Under the pieces are notes generated by a model, which made no database searches, had not been told where the DNA came from, and worked only from the letters and a program-made list of their open reading frames with translations. DNA of 64,000 nucleotides from Dyella mobilis (GTDB lineage Bacteria; Pseudomonadota; Gammaproteobacteria; Xanthomonadales; Rhodanobacteraceae): assembly GCF_016904945.1 (NCBI RefSeq), contig NZ_JADIKF010000038.1, forward strand, positions 228,241 through 292,240, in the 5' to 3' direction. Position 1 is the first letter of the stretch. The number at the start of each line of letters is the position of its first letter. Of the stretch, positions 46,024 through 56,344 are shown in pieces. Position numbers and translations under genes: made by a program.

Positions 46024-48153
46024 ATGTTTCGGCCCTTGCTAGCGGCAGTTCTGGCCGCTGCCGTGATGACTACTGCTGCCGCCGCGACACCGCTCGACCT
46101 GGGCGGCCCGCATCCGGCTGCCTTGCGCGGCGCGGCCCTGCTACACCAGCAAGACCCGATGAGCTTCGGCGTGTTCTATTACCCGACGCAATGGCCGCAG
46201 GATCAATGGCAGCGCGATTTCCAGGGCATGGCCAAGCTGGGTTTCCAGTTCACGCACGTGGCCGAGTTCGACTGGACCTACCTGGAACCGGAAGAAGGCC
46301 GCTTCGATTTCAGCTGGCTGGATCACGCCATCGATCTGGCCAGCAAGGCCGGCTTGCGCGTGATCCTGGGCACGCCTTCGGCCGCGCCGCCAAGCTGGAT
46401 GGACGAGCGCTATCCGGAGGTATACCGGGTGGACGAGCACGGCCAGCGCCACGAGCACGGCATCCGCGCGGAGGTATCGCTGGCCAATCCGAAATACCAG
46501 GCCTTCGTGGCGCGGCTGGTCACGGCCATGGCGCAGCATTACGGCCACGATCCCCGCGTGTGGGGCTGGCAGGTCGACAATGAGCCGAGCACGTTCCTGG
46601 ATTTCAGCGACAGCGCGCGCACCTCGTTCCAGCAGTGGCTGCAAAAGAAATACGGCAGCATCGATGCGATGAACAAAGTGTGGGCCGGTTCGTTCTGGAG
46701 CACGCGCTACGGCAGCTTCAAGCAAGTGCACCTGCCCAACGCCACGCTGGCCGCCGAAGACAAGCTAAGCCCGCACGCGCAACTGGATTTCGCGCGCTAC
46801 CAGGCCGACACCACCGCGCATTTTCTCGATGCGCAGGCGGCGATCATCAAGAAGTACGCGCACAACCAGTGGGTGACCACCAACTACACCAATGTCACCA
46901 CTGCGACCGATCCGCGCCGCAGCCACGACCTGGATTTCCCCACCTTCACGCTGTATCCGGTGCAGGGCTCGAATGTGCTGGGCGGCGACAGCTACGCCAT
47001 CGGCAAACCCGCCAACCTGATGGAGGCGGCGGCGTATTTCCGCCCGATCAATGGCACCTTCGGGGTGATGGAACTCCAACCGGGCCAGGTGAACTGGGGC
47101 GAGATCAATCCGCAGCCGATGCCCGGCGCGGTGGGTATGTGGATGTGGCACGCGTTCGCTTCCGGCGCCTCGCTGCTCAGCACGTACCGCTATCGCCATC
47201 CGGTGCAGGGCAGCGAGATGTATCACGAAGGCATCATCGGCACCGACGGCGTGACGCCGTCGCGCACCGGGCGCGAATTCGTCGACACGCTGCAGCAGAT
47301 CAAGGCGCTGGAAGCGCAGCTCGACCCCAAGGCACCGTTGCCGCAGAAATTGGCCGCGCGCTATACCGCGTACCTGTGGAGCCAGGACGTGTTCTGGGAT
47401 CTGGAAATCCAGCCGCAAACCACGCTGTGGAACAGCTGGAAATATCGCAACGGCTACACGCTGGCGGTGCAGAGCACCGGCGCGCCGATGGATTTCATCG
47501 CCGAAGACGACGATTTCAGCCGCTACCCGTTCCTGATCGCGCCGGCTTATCAAATGGTGAGCAAGGCGCTGGCGGAGAAATGGCGCCGCTACGTGGAACA
47601 GGGCGGCCACCTGATCCTCACCGCCCGCACCGGCCAGAAAAAAGAGGACGGCCACTTCCCCGAAGGCCCGTGGTCGCAGCCGATTCTGGACCTGATCGGC
47701 GACGACGTGGACGGCTTCGACATGCTGCCGCCGAGTGCGGACGGCGAAGTGACGGCGGATGGCAAGCCGTACACCTGGCATCGCTGGGGCGACATCCTTA
47801 CGCCGCGCCCGGGCACCACCGTGCTCGCGACGTACGCCAATCATTACTACGCGGGCAAGGCAGCGGCGACCACGCGTACGCTCGGCAAGGGCACGGTCAC
47901 CATGATTGGCGTTTCCACCGACGACGGCGTGCTGGAACGCGAGCTGGTGCGCGGCGTCTATCAGCGCGCGGGCGTGCCGATCGACGACCTGCCCACCGGC
48001 GTTTTTCTCAATTGGCGTGGCGGTTTCTATTTCCTGTCGAACTACAACCCGAAGCCGTTTTCACCTGCGCTTCCGGCCGGCGCGCACATCGTGCACGGTC
48101 AGACGCCGCTGATGCCGGCGCAGACGTTGATCTGGAAGGATGCTTCGCCATGA
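46024..48153 (+). CDS. GH42 beta-galactosidase (secreted)
   Basis: Signal peptide and GH42 catalytic region (…VWGWQVDNEPS…). Confidence 0.8.
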   Translation: MFRPLLAAVLAAAVMTTAAAATPLDLGGPHPAALRGAALLHQQDPMSFGVFYYPTQWPQDQWQRDFQGMAKLGFQFTHVAEFDWTYLEPEEGRFDFSWLDHAIDLASKAGLRVILGTPSAAPPSWMDERYPEVYRVDEHGQRHEHGIRAEVSLANPKYQAFVARLVTAMAQHYGHDPRVWGWQVDNEPSTFLDFSDSARTSFQQWLQKKYGSIDAMNKVWAGSFWSTRYGSFKQVHLPNATLAAEDKLSPHAQLDFARYQADTTAHFLDAQAAIIKKYAHNQWVTTNYTNVTTATDPRRSHDLDFPTFTLYPVQGSNVLGGDSYAIGKPANLMEAAAYFRPINGTFGVMELQPGQVNWGEINPQPMPGAVGMWMWHAFASGASLLSTYRYRHPVQGSEMYHEGIIGTDGVTPSRTGREFVDTLQQIKALEAQLDPKAPLPQKLAARYTAYLWSQDVFWDLEIQPQTTLWNSWKYRNGYTLAVQSTGAPMDFIAEDDDFSRYPFLIAPAYQMVSKALAEKWRRYVEQGGHLILTARTGQKKEDGHFPEGPWSQPILDLIGDDVDGFDMLPPSADGEVTADGKPYTWHRWGDILTPRPGTTVLATYANHYYAGKAAATTRTLGKGTVTMIGVSTDDGVLERELVRGVYQRAGVPIDDLPTGVFLNWRGGFYFLSNYNPKPFSPALPAGAHIVHGQTPLMPAQTLIWKDASP

Positions 48154-49132
48154 CGCATCGCCCATCCACCCTATCGGAGCACCTGCTGACGTGAGCGGCC
48201 TGATCGCACTGGACTGGGGTACTTCCAGCCTGCGCGCCTACTGGCTGCAGGCCGGCAAGATCTGCGACACGCGTGCGCATGCGTGGGGTATCCGCCATCT
48301 GCCCGAAGGCGGTTTCCAGGGCGCACTGATCGACATCACCGCCGGATGGCCGCGCTTGCCGCGACTGGCTTGCGGCATGGTCGGCAGCCGCCAGGGCTGG
48401 CTGGAAGTGCCGTACCTGGATGTTCCTGCCACGCGCACACAATTGGCGCGCGCTTTGCGCAGCGTCCGCGCCGACGACGGCATGGATGTGCACATCGTCG
48501 CCGGCCTGCGCAATCCGCTTGGGCCGGACGTGATGCGCGGCGAGGAAACCCAGCTGATCGGTGCCTTCGCCACGCAGCCGGCGCTGGCCGAATACTCCAG
48601 CTGGATCATGCCCGGCACGCACAGCAAATGGGTCAGCGTGCGCCAGGGTGCGATCACCGATTTCTGCACGCTGATGACTGGCGAGTTGTTCGCCGTGCTG
48701 CGCCAGCATTCGATACTTGCCGCCGGCATCGACGGCGAAGCGAGCGATCCGGATGCGTTTGCGCGCGGCGTGGTGGTGGCACGCGACAGCGGCGCCGCCG
48801 GCGCGCTGAGCCGATTGTTCTCCGCGCGCGCCTCGATGCTCGATGGCGCACTGGCAGCTGCCTCGGTGCCGGAATATCTCTCCGGCCTGCTGATCGGCGA
48901 GGAACTGCGCAGCGGCCTTGCCACGCAGCGGTTCCGCCAAGATGCCGCGATCCAGCTGATCGGCGATGCCGCACTGTGCGAGCGTTATCGCGCGGCCGCG
49001 CTGTTGTTCGATCTCGAGCTCGCCCAACCCATCGCCGACGCCGCGGCGCACGGACTCTGGCACATTGCCTGCGACGCAGGCCTGGTCGACGCCGGGCCGT
49101 TCGCGGCATCCAAGGAAACATCGTCATGCTGA
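48140..49132 (+). CDS. dgoK: 2-dehydro-3-deoxygalactonokinase
   Basis: DgoK N-terminal motif (LIALDWGTSSLRAY); overlaps the beta-galactosidase gene end. Alternative GTG start at 48191. Confidence 0.75.
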   Translation: MLRHDASPIHPIGAPADVSGLIALDWGTSSLRAYWLQAGKICDTRAHAWGIRHLPEGGFQGALIDITAGWPRLPRLACGMVGSRQGWLEVPYLDVPATRTQLARALRSVRADDGMDVHIVAGLRNPLGPDVMRGEETQLIGAFATQPALAEYSSWIMPGTHSKWVSVRQGAITDFCTLMTGELFAVLRQHSILAAGIDGEASDPDAFARGVVVARDSGAAGALSRLFSARASMLDGALAAASVPEYLSGLLIGEELRSGLATQRFRQDAAIQLIGDAALCERYRAAALLFDLELAQPIADAAAHGLWHIACDAGLVDAGPFAASKETSSC

Positions 49133-49770
49133 AACCCTGGCTGCATCCCCTGCCCCTGGTCGCGATCCTGCGCGGCATCCTGCCCAGCGAGAGCGTCGCC
49201 ATCGGCAGGGCGCTGGCCGATGCCGGCTTCCGCGTGCTGGAAGTACCGCTCAACTCGCCGCAGCCGATGGAAAGCATCCAGCGGCTCGCGCAATCGCTGG
49301 GCGACGGATTCCTGGTCGGTGCCGGCACGGTGATGACCGCCGAGCAGGTGCAACAGGTGGCCGACGCGGGCGGACGCCTGATCGTGATGCCGCACGCCGA
49401 CACCAGCGTGATTCGCGCCGCCAAGCAGGCCGGCCTGCTATGCGTGCCCGGCGTGGTGACGCCGACCGAAGCGTTCGCCGCACTGGCCGCGGGCGCGGAC
49501 GGACTGAAACTGTTCCCGGCCGACCAGATCTCGCCCGAAGGCCTGAAAGCCTGGCGCGCGGTGTTGCCCAAAGACGTGCCGGTGTTGCCGGTCGGCGGCA
49601 TTACGCCCAACACCATGGCACCGTGGATTGCCGCCGGTGCGCAAGGCTTCGGCATCGGTTCGGCGCTGTACGCGCCCGGCATCGATCTCGCCCAAATCTC
49701 CCAACGCGCCCGCGCCTTTGCCCAGGCCTGGAACGCGGTTTCCCCACCCTCGAAGGAACGTAGTGCATGA
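49126..49770 (+). CDS. dgoA: 2-dehydro-3-deoxy-6-phosphogalactonate aldolase
   Basis: KDPG/KDPGal aldolase family (…LVAILRGI…VLEVPLNSP…); ATGCTGA overlap with dgoK. Confidence 0.75.
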   Translation: MLKPWLHPLPLVAILRGILPSESVAIGRALADAGFRVLEVPLNSPQPMESIQRLAQSLGDGFLVGAGTVMTAEQVQQVADAGGRLIVMPHADTSVIRAAKQAGLLCVPGVVTPTEAFAALAAGADGLKLFPADQISPEGLKAWRAVLPKDVPVLPVGGITPNTMAPWIAAGAQGFGIGSALYAPGIDLAQISQRARAFAQAWNAVSPPSKERSA

Positions 49771-50915
49771 AGATCACCCGACTCACCACTTTTCTGGTGC
49801 CACCGCGCTGGCTGTTCCTGCGCATTGACACGGATGCCGGCATCAGCGGATGGGGCGAGCCGGTGGTGGAAGGCCGCGCGCATACCGTGGCCGCCGCCGT
49901 GGAAGAACTCTCCGATTACCTGATCGGCAAGGATCCGCGCCACATCGAGGATCACTGGAATGTGATGTACCGCGGCGGCTTCTATCGCGGCGGCCCGATC
50001 CTGATGAGTGCGATCGCCGGTATCGATCAGGCGCTGTGGGACATCAAGGGCAAGCACCTTGGCGTGCCGGTGCACGAGCTCCTGGGCGGCCCGGTGCGCC
50101 AGCGCATTCGCGTGTATTCGTGGATCGGCGGCGATCGCCCGGCCGACACCGCGCGTGCGGCCAAGGCTGCGGTCGAGCGCGGCTTTACCGCGGTAAAAAT
50201 GAACGGCACCGAGGAAATGCATTTCGTCGACAGCCACGCCAAGGTCGATCGCGTGCTGGAAAACGTGCAGGCGGTGCGCGAGGCGGTCGGTCCGCACGTG
50301 GGCCTGGGCGTGGATTTCCACGGCCGCGTGCACAAGCCGATGGCCAAAGTGCTGATGCGCGAGCTGGCGCCGTACAAGCTGATGTTCATCGAGGAGCCGG
50401 TGCTGTCCGAACACCTGGAAGCGATCCCCGAGCTGGCTTCGCTGGGCGTTGCACCGATCGCGCTGGGCGAACGCCTGTATTCGCGCTACGACTTCAAGCG
50501 CGTGCTGGAAACCGGCGGCGTGGACATCATTCAGCCCGATCCTTCGCACGCTGGCGGCATTACCGAAACGCGCAAGATCGCCGCGATGGCCGAGGCCTAC
50601 GACGTGGCCCTGGCCCTGCACTGCCCGCTGGGCCCGATCGCGCTGGCGGCAAACCTGCAACTGGATGCGGTGTGCCACAACGCCTTCATCCAGGAACAGG
50701 GGCTGGGCATTCACTACAACGCTTCCAACGACCTGCTCGACTACGTTTCCGATCGCAAGGTTTTTGCCTACGAAAACGGTTACGTCACGATTCCGGAAGG
50801 CCCCGGCCTGGGCATCCAGATCAACGAAGACTACGTCGCCGAGCGGGCCGAAGTCGGCCATCGCTGGCGCAATCCGCTGTGGCGGCACGATGATGGCAGC
50901 GTGGCCGAATGGTGA
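49767..50915 (+). CDS. dgoD: Galactonate dehydratase (enolase superfamily)
   Basis: [32 protein letters not shown]… is a strong DgoD signature; ATGA overlap with dgoA. Confidence 0.85.
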   Translation: MKITRLTTFLVPPRWLFLRIDTDAGISGWGEPVVEGRAHTVAAAVEELSDYLIGKDPRHIEDHWNVMYRGGFYRGGPILMSAIAGIDQALWDIKGKHLGVPVHELLGGPVRQRIRVYSWIGGDRPADTARAAKAAVERGFTAVKMNGTEEMHFVDSHAKVDRVLENVQAVREAVGPHVGLGVDFHGRVHKPMAKVLMRELAPYKLMFIEEPVLSEHLEAIPELASLGVAPIALGERLYSRYDFKRVLETGGVDIIQPDPSHAGGITETRKIAAMAEAYDVALALHCPLGPIALAANLQLDAVCHNAFIQEQGLGIHYNASNDLLDYVSDRKVFAYENGYVTIPEGPGLGIQINEDYVAERAEVGHRWRNPLWRHDDGSVAEW

Positions 50916-50955
50916 GCATCGCCGCCGCCTCATTGCCTGATTCCGGAGCCCGCTG

Positions 50956-51720
50956 ATGTCTTCGTTCGCAACCTACCCCAGCCTGGTCGACCGCAGCGTG
51001 CTGATCACCGGCGGTGCCAGCGGCATCGGCGCGGCCTTCGTCGAACACTTCGCGCGACAAGGCGCACGCGTGGCTTTTCTGGACGTGGACGATACGAGCG
51101 CCGTCGCCCTGTGCGCATCGCTCGGCGACGCGCGATACGCGCCCAGCTACCTGCATTGCGACCTCACCGACCTGGCTGCGTTGCAGGCGGCCATCGTGGA
51201 GGCGCGCAAGCAGATCGGGCCGATCGGCGTGCTGGTCAACAACGCGGCCAACGATGCCCGCCATCAGTTGGCCCAGATGGATGCAACGGCGTTCGAACGC
51301 AACGTGGCGGTGAATCTGCGCCACCAGGTCTTCGCCACCCAGGCGGTGATTGCGGATATGCAACGGCTCGGCGGCGGCTCGATCATCTGCCTGGGCTCCA
51401 CCGGCTGGATGAAAAAGAACGGCGGCTATCCGCTGTACGCGATGGCCAAGGCCGCGGTGCACGGTTTCGTCAACGGCATGGCGCGCGAGCTGGGCAAACA
51501 GAAAATTCGCATCAACAGCCTGGTGCCGGGCTGGGTGATCACCGAGAAGCAGGCGCGGCTGTGGCTGGACGACGCCGGCCGCGAAGAAATTGAGCGCGTG
51601 CAATGCCTGCCCGGTTTCCTGATGGCCGAAGATCTGGCGCGCGCCGCGCTGTTCCTGGCTGCCGACGACAGCCGCATGTGTACCGGACAGGATTTCATCG
51701 TCGACGGCGGCTGGGTATGA
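50956..51720 (+). CDS. SDR family oxidoreductase (probable galactose/L-fucose-type sugar 1-dehydrogenase)
   Basis: TGGASGIG cofactor motif and Y-x3-K; sits inside the galactose cluster. Confidence 0.65.
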   Translation: MSSFATYPSLVDRSVLITGGASGIGAAFVEHFARQGARVAFLDVDDTSAVALCASLGDARYAPSYLHCDLTDLAALQAAIVEARKQIGPIGVLVNNAANDARHQLAQMDATAFERNVAVNLRHQVFATQAVIADMQRLGGGSIICLGSTGWMKKNGGYPLYAMAKAAVHGFVNGMARELGKQKIRINSLVPGWVITEKQARLWLDDAGREEIERVQCLPGFLMAEDLARAALFLAADDSRMCTGQDFIVDGGWV

Positions 51721-52610
51721 GCGCCGCGCTGGACGTGCTGCTGGATGCCGGCAACGTGCTGGGCGAGGGCATCGTCTGGTGCGAACGCGCGCAGGCGCTT
51801 TATTGGACCGACATCCAGCGCGCCACGCTTTATCGCATGGCGCCCGCCAGCGGCAAGCTGGAGCAATGGCCGATGCCGGAGCGGCTCGCTTCCTTCGCGC
51901 TATGCGAAGACGACGGCTGGCTGCTGCTGGCGCTCGCCTCGCGGCTGGCATTCTTTCGCTTGTCCGACGGTTATCTGCAAACCCTGCACGAGGTGGAGCC
52001 CGACCTTCCCACGCGCAGCAACGACGGGGCCTGCGACCGGCAGGGCCGCTTTGTGTTCGGCACCCTGCACGAACCGGTGACCGGCGCGAAGCAGGCCGTA
52101 GGCAGTTTCTGGCGGCTGCACGCCGATCTGCGCCTGGAGCAGCTGGCGCTGCCGAAAGTGGCGATCAGCAACAGCATCGCCTTCAGCCCGGATGGTTCCA
52201 CGATGTATTTCTGCGATTCGCTGTCGCGCCGCATCCTGCAGTGCGCTTATGACGACACGCTGGGCGAAGCGCATCTGTTTGCGCAGCTGGACGACGCCAC
52301 CGGCGAACCGGATGGCTCGTGCGTGGATGCCGAGGGTGCGTTGTGGAACGCGCAGTGGGGCACCGGCCGGGTGATCCGCTATGCGCCGGATGGTTCGGTG
52401 CGCGACACGTTGCCGCTATCTGCAACGCAACCGACCCGCCCGGCGCTGGGCGGCCCGCACCTGGATACGCTTTATGTCACCAGTGCGCGCGACGGCCTGT
52501 CTGCGGCGCAGCTGGCGGATGAGCCCGATGCCGGCGCGCTGTTTCATACTCGGGTGCCGGTGCGCGGGCTGGCCGAGCCGCGGTTTGCCGGAAAACCAAC
52601 CTGCCCCTGA
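51717..52610 (+). CDS. SMP-30/gluconolactonase/LRE family lactonase (probable galactonolactonase)
   Basis: SGL beta-propeller motifs (…GEGIVW…LYWTDI…); ATGA overlap with the SDR gene. Confidence 0.7.
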   Translation: MSAALDVLLDAGNVLGEGIVWCERAQALYWTDIQRATLYRMAPASGKLEQWPMPERLASFALCEDDGWLLLALASRLAFFRLSDGYLQTLHEVEPDLPTRSNDGACDRQGRFVFGTLHEPVTGAKQAVGSFWRLHADLRLEQLALPKVAISNSIAFSPDGSTMYFCDSLSRRILQCAYDDTLGEAHLFAQLDDATGEPDGSCVDAEGALWNAQWGTGRVIRYAPDGSVRDTLPLSATQPTRPALGGPHLDTLYVTSARDGLSAAQLADEPDAGALFHTRVPVRGLAEPRFAGKPTCP

Positions 52611-52700
52611 TCTTTCTTCTGATGGATGTCACGTTCCTACGATGCCCGTGACCGCCATCAGCATCATCCATCACCACCCGCTGCCTGCAGGATTTTCCCA

Positions 52701-54158
52701 ATGAATGCTGTTGCGACATCTCCACACAAATCGTCCCGCGCCACCGCGGTGTTCACCTGCATTCTCGCCGCGCTGGCCGGGTTGATGTTCGGCCTGGACA
52801 TCGGCGTGATCTCCGGCGCGCAGCAGTTCATCCAGAAGGATTTCGGCATCGGCGACAACACCATCGGCTTGATCGTGAGCATCATGATGCTCGGTGCCGC
52901 GCTGGGCGCACTGGTGGCCGGCTGGCTGTCCAGCCAGCTTGGCCGCAAGCGCACGCTGATTCTCGGTGCGGTGCTGTTTGTCGGCGGGTCGGCGCTGTGC
53001 GGTGCGGCCTGGTCGCCCGATGTGCTGATCGCAGGGCGCATCGTGCTTGGCGTGGCGATCGGCCTGGCCAGCTTCACCGCGCCGCTGTACCTGGCCGAGA
53101 TCGCGCCGGAATCGATTCGTGGCGCGATGATTTCGCTGTATCAGTTGATGATCACCATCGGCATCCTGGTCGCCTTCCTGTCCGACACGGCCTTCAGCTA
53201 CTCGGGCAACTGGCGCTGGATGCTGGGTGTGATCGCCGTTCCCGGTGCGCTGTTCCTGCTCGGCGTGTTCTTCCTGCCGGAAAGCCCGCGCTGGCTGATG
53301 ATGCGCAACCGCCAGCCGGAGGCCGAGCAGGTGCTGCACAAGCTGCTCGGCAGCAATGATGCGATCGCCCGCGAGATCGGCGAAATCCGCGAGCAGCTGA
53401 AGACGCCGCAACGCGGCGTGCTGATGTTCTTCCAGAATGCGAACTTCCGCCGCTCGGTGGGATTGGGCGTGCTGTTGCAGGTGATGCAGCAGCTCACCGG
53501 CATGAACGTGGTGATGTATTACGCGCCGCGCATCTTCCAGGGCATGGGCTATGACACCGAATCGCAGATGTGGTTTACCGCCATCGTCGGCCTGGTCAAC
53601 GTGCTGGCCACCTTCATCGCGATCGGTCTGGTCGACAAGCTGGGGCGCAAGCCGATCCTGTACATCGGCTTCGTGGTGATGACGCTGGGCCTCGGCGTGG
53701 TCGGCACCATGATGCACGCGGGCATCCACACGCAGGGCCAGCAGTTCTTTACCGTGGGCATGCTGCTGATCTTCATCGTCGGCTTCGCGATGTCGGCCGG
53801 TCCGCTGATCTGGACGCTGTGCTCGGAAATCCAGCCGCTCAAGGGCCGCGACTTCGGTATCGGCTGCTCCACCTTCACCAACTGGGTGGCCAATTGGCTG
53901 GTCGGCATTTCCTTTCTGCCGCTGCTCAACGGCATTGGCGAGGCGCAGACGTTCTGGCTGTACGCAGCCTTCAACGCGGTGTTCATCGTGCTCACGTTCT
54001 GGCTGGTACCGGAGACCAAAGGTGCAACGCTGGAACAGATCGAGTGCAATCTGATGGCCGGGCTGCCCTTGCGGCAGATCGGCCGGCACCCGGCTGCCGC
54101 CGGCACGCCGGAGCACCTCGGCAAACAGTCGGCTTATTCGCAAGACGCCGTATCCTGA
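52701..54158 (+). CDS. MFS sugar porter (GalP/AraE-like sugar:H+ symporter)
   Basis: Sugar-transporter signatures (…GRKRTLILGAVLF…, PESPRWL, …PETKG…). Start at MNAVATSP…; the ORF frame extends to 52626. Confidence 0.8.
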   Translation: MNAVATSPHKSSRATAVFTCILAALAGLMFGLDIGVISGAQQFIQKDFGIGDNTIGLIVSIMMLGAALGALVAGWLSSQLGRKRTLILGAVLFVGGSALCGAAWSPDVLIAGRIVLGVAIGLASFTAPLYLAEIAPESIRGAMISLYQLMITIGILVAFLSDTAFSYSGNWRWMLGVIAVPGALFLLGVFFLPESPRWLMMRNRQPEAEQVLHKLLGSNDAIAREIGEIREQLKTPQRGVLMFFQNANFRRSVGLGVLLQVMQQLTGMNVVMYYAPRIFQGMGYDTESQMWFTAIVGLVNVLATFIAIGLVDKLGRKPILYIGFVVMTLGLGVVGTMMHAGIHTQGQQFFTVGMLLIFIVGFAMSAGPLIWTLCSEIQPLKGRDFGIGCSTFTNWVANWLVGISFLPLLNGIGEAQTFWLYAAFNAVFIVLTFWLVPETKGATLEQIECNLMAGLPLRQIGRHPAAAGTPEHLGKQSAYSQDAVS

Positions 54159-54193
54159 GCACCAGCAATCGTCCTGCCCGGGGAGAGCAAACG

Positions 54194-55627
54194 ATGGCGG
54201 CTACACCCATGGCGGAGAGCGAGCCGGGCCTGCGCCGCGTGCTGGGCACGTGGGACCTGGTGCTGTTCAATATCGCCGCCATCATCGCCCTGCGCTGGCT
54301 TTCGGTGGCGGCGCAGGTCGGGCCTTCCAGCCTGGTGCTGTGGTTGCTGGGGCTGGTGTGCTTCTTCCTGCCGCTGGCGCTGGCGGTGCTGGAACTGAGT
54401 TCGCGCGTACCGGGCGAAGGCGGCCTTTACCTGTGGTCGAAGGCAGCGTTCGGCGATCTGCACGGCTTTATCGTCGGCTGGACCTATTGGGTTTCCAATC
54501 TCGCCTACTTTCCTTCGATGCTGTTGTTCAGCGCGGGCATCTTTTTGCACGTGGGCGGCGCGCACTGGACGGCGCACGCCAACGACGGCGGCTACAACCT
54601 GGTGTATTGCCTGGGCGTGTTGTGGGCGGCCACGTGGTTGAGCATCCTCGGCCTGGAACGCGCGAAATGGCTGCAGAACATCGGCGGCGCCGCGACTTGG
54701 TCGGCCGGTGTGCTGATTCTGGCCGGCGGCGCCATCGCGATGTATCGCTTCGGGCCGGCCACCCACATCACCGCGCACAACGTGTGGCCCGATTTCGGCA
54801 AGCTCGCCACGTTTACGACCTTTGCCACCATCGCACTCGCGTTCCAGGGGTTGGAACTGGGACCGATACTCGGCGGTGAAATCCGCGAGCCGGAGCGGCG
54901 CATTCCGCGCGCCACGCTGATTTCCTGCGGGGTGATTGCGGCGGTCTACATCGCCGGCACCGCTTCGCTGCTGATCGCGTTGCCGGCTTCGACCATCGAC
55001 GTGATCGGCGGCATTCCGCAGGCCTTGTCGGCGATCGGAGACCGCATCGGCCTGCCGGTGTTCGGCCCGATCACCGCCTTGCTGGTCACCATGGGTTCGA
55101 TCGGCACGATTGCCGCCTGGGTCACCGGCACCGCGCGCCTGCCGTTCGTCGTCGGCGTCGACCGCTATCTGCCGCCCGCGCTGGGACAACTGCATCCCAA
55201 GCACGATACGCCGCACGTGGCGCTGATCACCCAGGGCGTGCTGACGTCGCTGATGCTGCTGGCGGCATTGTCGGGCTCCACCATCCACGAGGCCTACATC
55301 ATCCTGATCGACATGACGGTGATCATGTCGCTGCTGCCCTTGTCCTACATCCTGCTGGCATTTCCGTTGCTGCGCCATCGTGCGAAGGGACGCAACCAGG
55401 GCGTGAATCTCGTGCCGCTGGGCAACGTCGGCAGTTGGGTGGCAGGGCTTACCGGTTTTGCAGTGACCCTGCTGGCAATCGCCACGGCGATGATCCCGCC
55501 GGCGGACGATCCTCATCCGGCGCTGTTCCTGCTCAAGGTGATCGGCGGATCGGGGTTGCTGATCGGTATCGGCTTGATGTTCTACCGGCAGCGCCATCGG
55601 CGGATGCAGGCAGCGCAATCCGCTTGA
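54194..55627 (+). CDS. APC-family amino acid permease
   Basis: 12 TM segments; start at MAATPMAESEP… . The track merges it with an upstream frame. Confidence 0.7.
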   Translation: MAATPMAESEPGLRRVLGTWDLVLFNIAAIIALRWLSVAAQVGPSSLVLWLLGLVCFFLPLALAVLELSSRVPGEGGLYLWSKAAFGDLHGFIVGWTYWVSNLAYFPSMLLFSAGIFLHVGGAHWTAHANDGGYNLVYCLGVLWAATWLSILGLERAKWLQNIGGAATWSAGVLILAGGAIAMYRFGPATHITAHNVWPDFGKLATFTTFATIALAFQGLELGPILGGEIREPERRIPRATLISCGVIAAVYIAGTASLLIALPASTIDVIGGIPQALSAIGDRIGLPVFGPITALLVTMGSIGTIAAWVTGTARLPFVVGVDRYLPPALGQLHPKHDTPHVALITQGVLTSLMLLAALSGSTIHEAYIILIDMTVIMSLLPLSYILLAFPLLRHRAKGRNQGVNLVPLGNVGSWVAGLTGFAVTLLAIATAMIPPADDPHPALFLLKVIGGSGLLIGIGLMFYRQRHRRMQAAQSA

Positions 55628-55663
55628 CCGTCAGTTGCGCGGCGGTGCTGCCGAACGCCAGCG

Positions 55664-55981
55664 TCACGACGTCAACGGGACCAGCTTCAACTGATACCCA
55701 AGCGCGTTGGCCACCTTCATCGCCGTTGCCAGGCTCGGATTGCCGTCCGCCGACAAGGCCTTGTACAAACCTTCGCGCGTGAGGCCCGTATCACGCGCAA
55801 GCTGGCTCATGTTGCGCGCCCTCGCTACTGCACCCAGTGCGGCAGCCATCAACGCGGGATCATTCTGTTCAGAGCAAGCTTCCAGATAGGCCGCGATATC
55901 TTCCTCGCCATGGAGGTAATCGGCCGTATCGTAGCGACTGAACGTTTCTTTTATTTTCGTGGCCAAGGTTAACTTCTCCAA
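55664..55981 (-). CDS. HigA-like addiction-module antidote protein (HTH)
   Basis: …DTADYLHGEEDIAAYLEA…ALGAVARARNMSQLARDTGLTREGLYKALSADGNPSLATAMKVANALG…; TTG start overlapping the toxin 3' end. Confidence 0.7.
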   Translation of the reverse strand: MEKLTLATKIKETFSRYDTADYLHGEEDIAAYLEACSEQNDPALMAAALGAVARARNMSQLARDTGLTREGLYKALSADGNPSLATAMKVANALGYQLKLVPLTS

Positions 55982-56262
55982 GCACGTGCGATACGCATGG
56001 CATCGGCTATGTCAGCCTGCTGGGAACTTTTATCGCCACCGCACAACAAGATGACCAGCGTTTCACCACGTATCGCGTAATAGATCCGGTAGCCAGGGCC
56101 GCAATCGATCTTCATTTCGCTGATGCCGCCAACCAGTTGCCGATGCTGGCCTGGATTTCCAAGCTTCAGACGATCAATGCGCATCTGGATTCGCGCTTTC
56201 GCATGACGATCCCTGAGCTCCCGCAGTCAGCGGTCGAACGTCCTGCTCTTAACTATCTCCAT
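55969..56262 (-). pseudogene. HigB/RelE-family addiction-module killer toxin gene with premature TGA (W12*)
   Basis: Full-length frame reads MEIVKSRTFDR*LRELRDRHAKARIQMRIDRLKLGNPGQ…LCGGDKSSQ…. The stop at 56227-56229 replaces the conserved Trp of the …TFxxWxxxLxD… N-terminal motif. Only a 71-aa internal-Met ORF (55969-56184) remains open. Confidence 0.6.
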
Positions 56263-56344
56263 GAAGTGCAGTGTTAACCATGGTTATCATCATGTCAACC
56301 ATGATTCACACCTCTCCTCCAGCCAAGACGGGTGCAGGCACCTA

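Noticed and set aside
48283-49770. 495-aa ORF spanning dgoK-dgoA in another frame
   Set aside because: It is an arginine-rich spurious frame typical of high-GC DNA. The real genes are dgoK (48140-49132) and dgoA (49126-49770) with clear family signatures.
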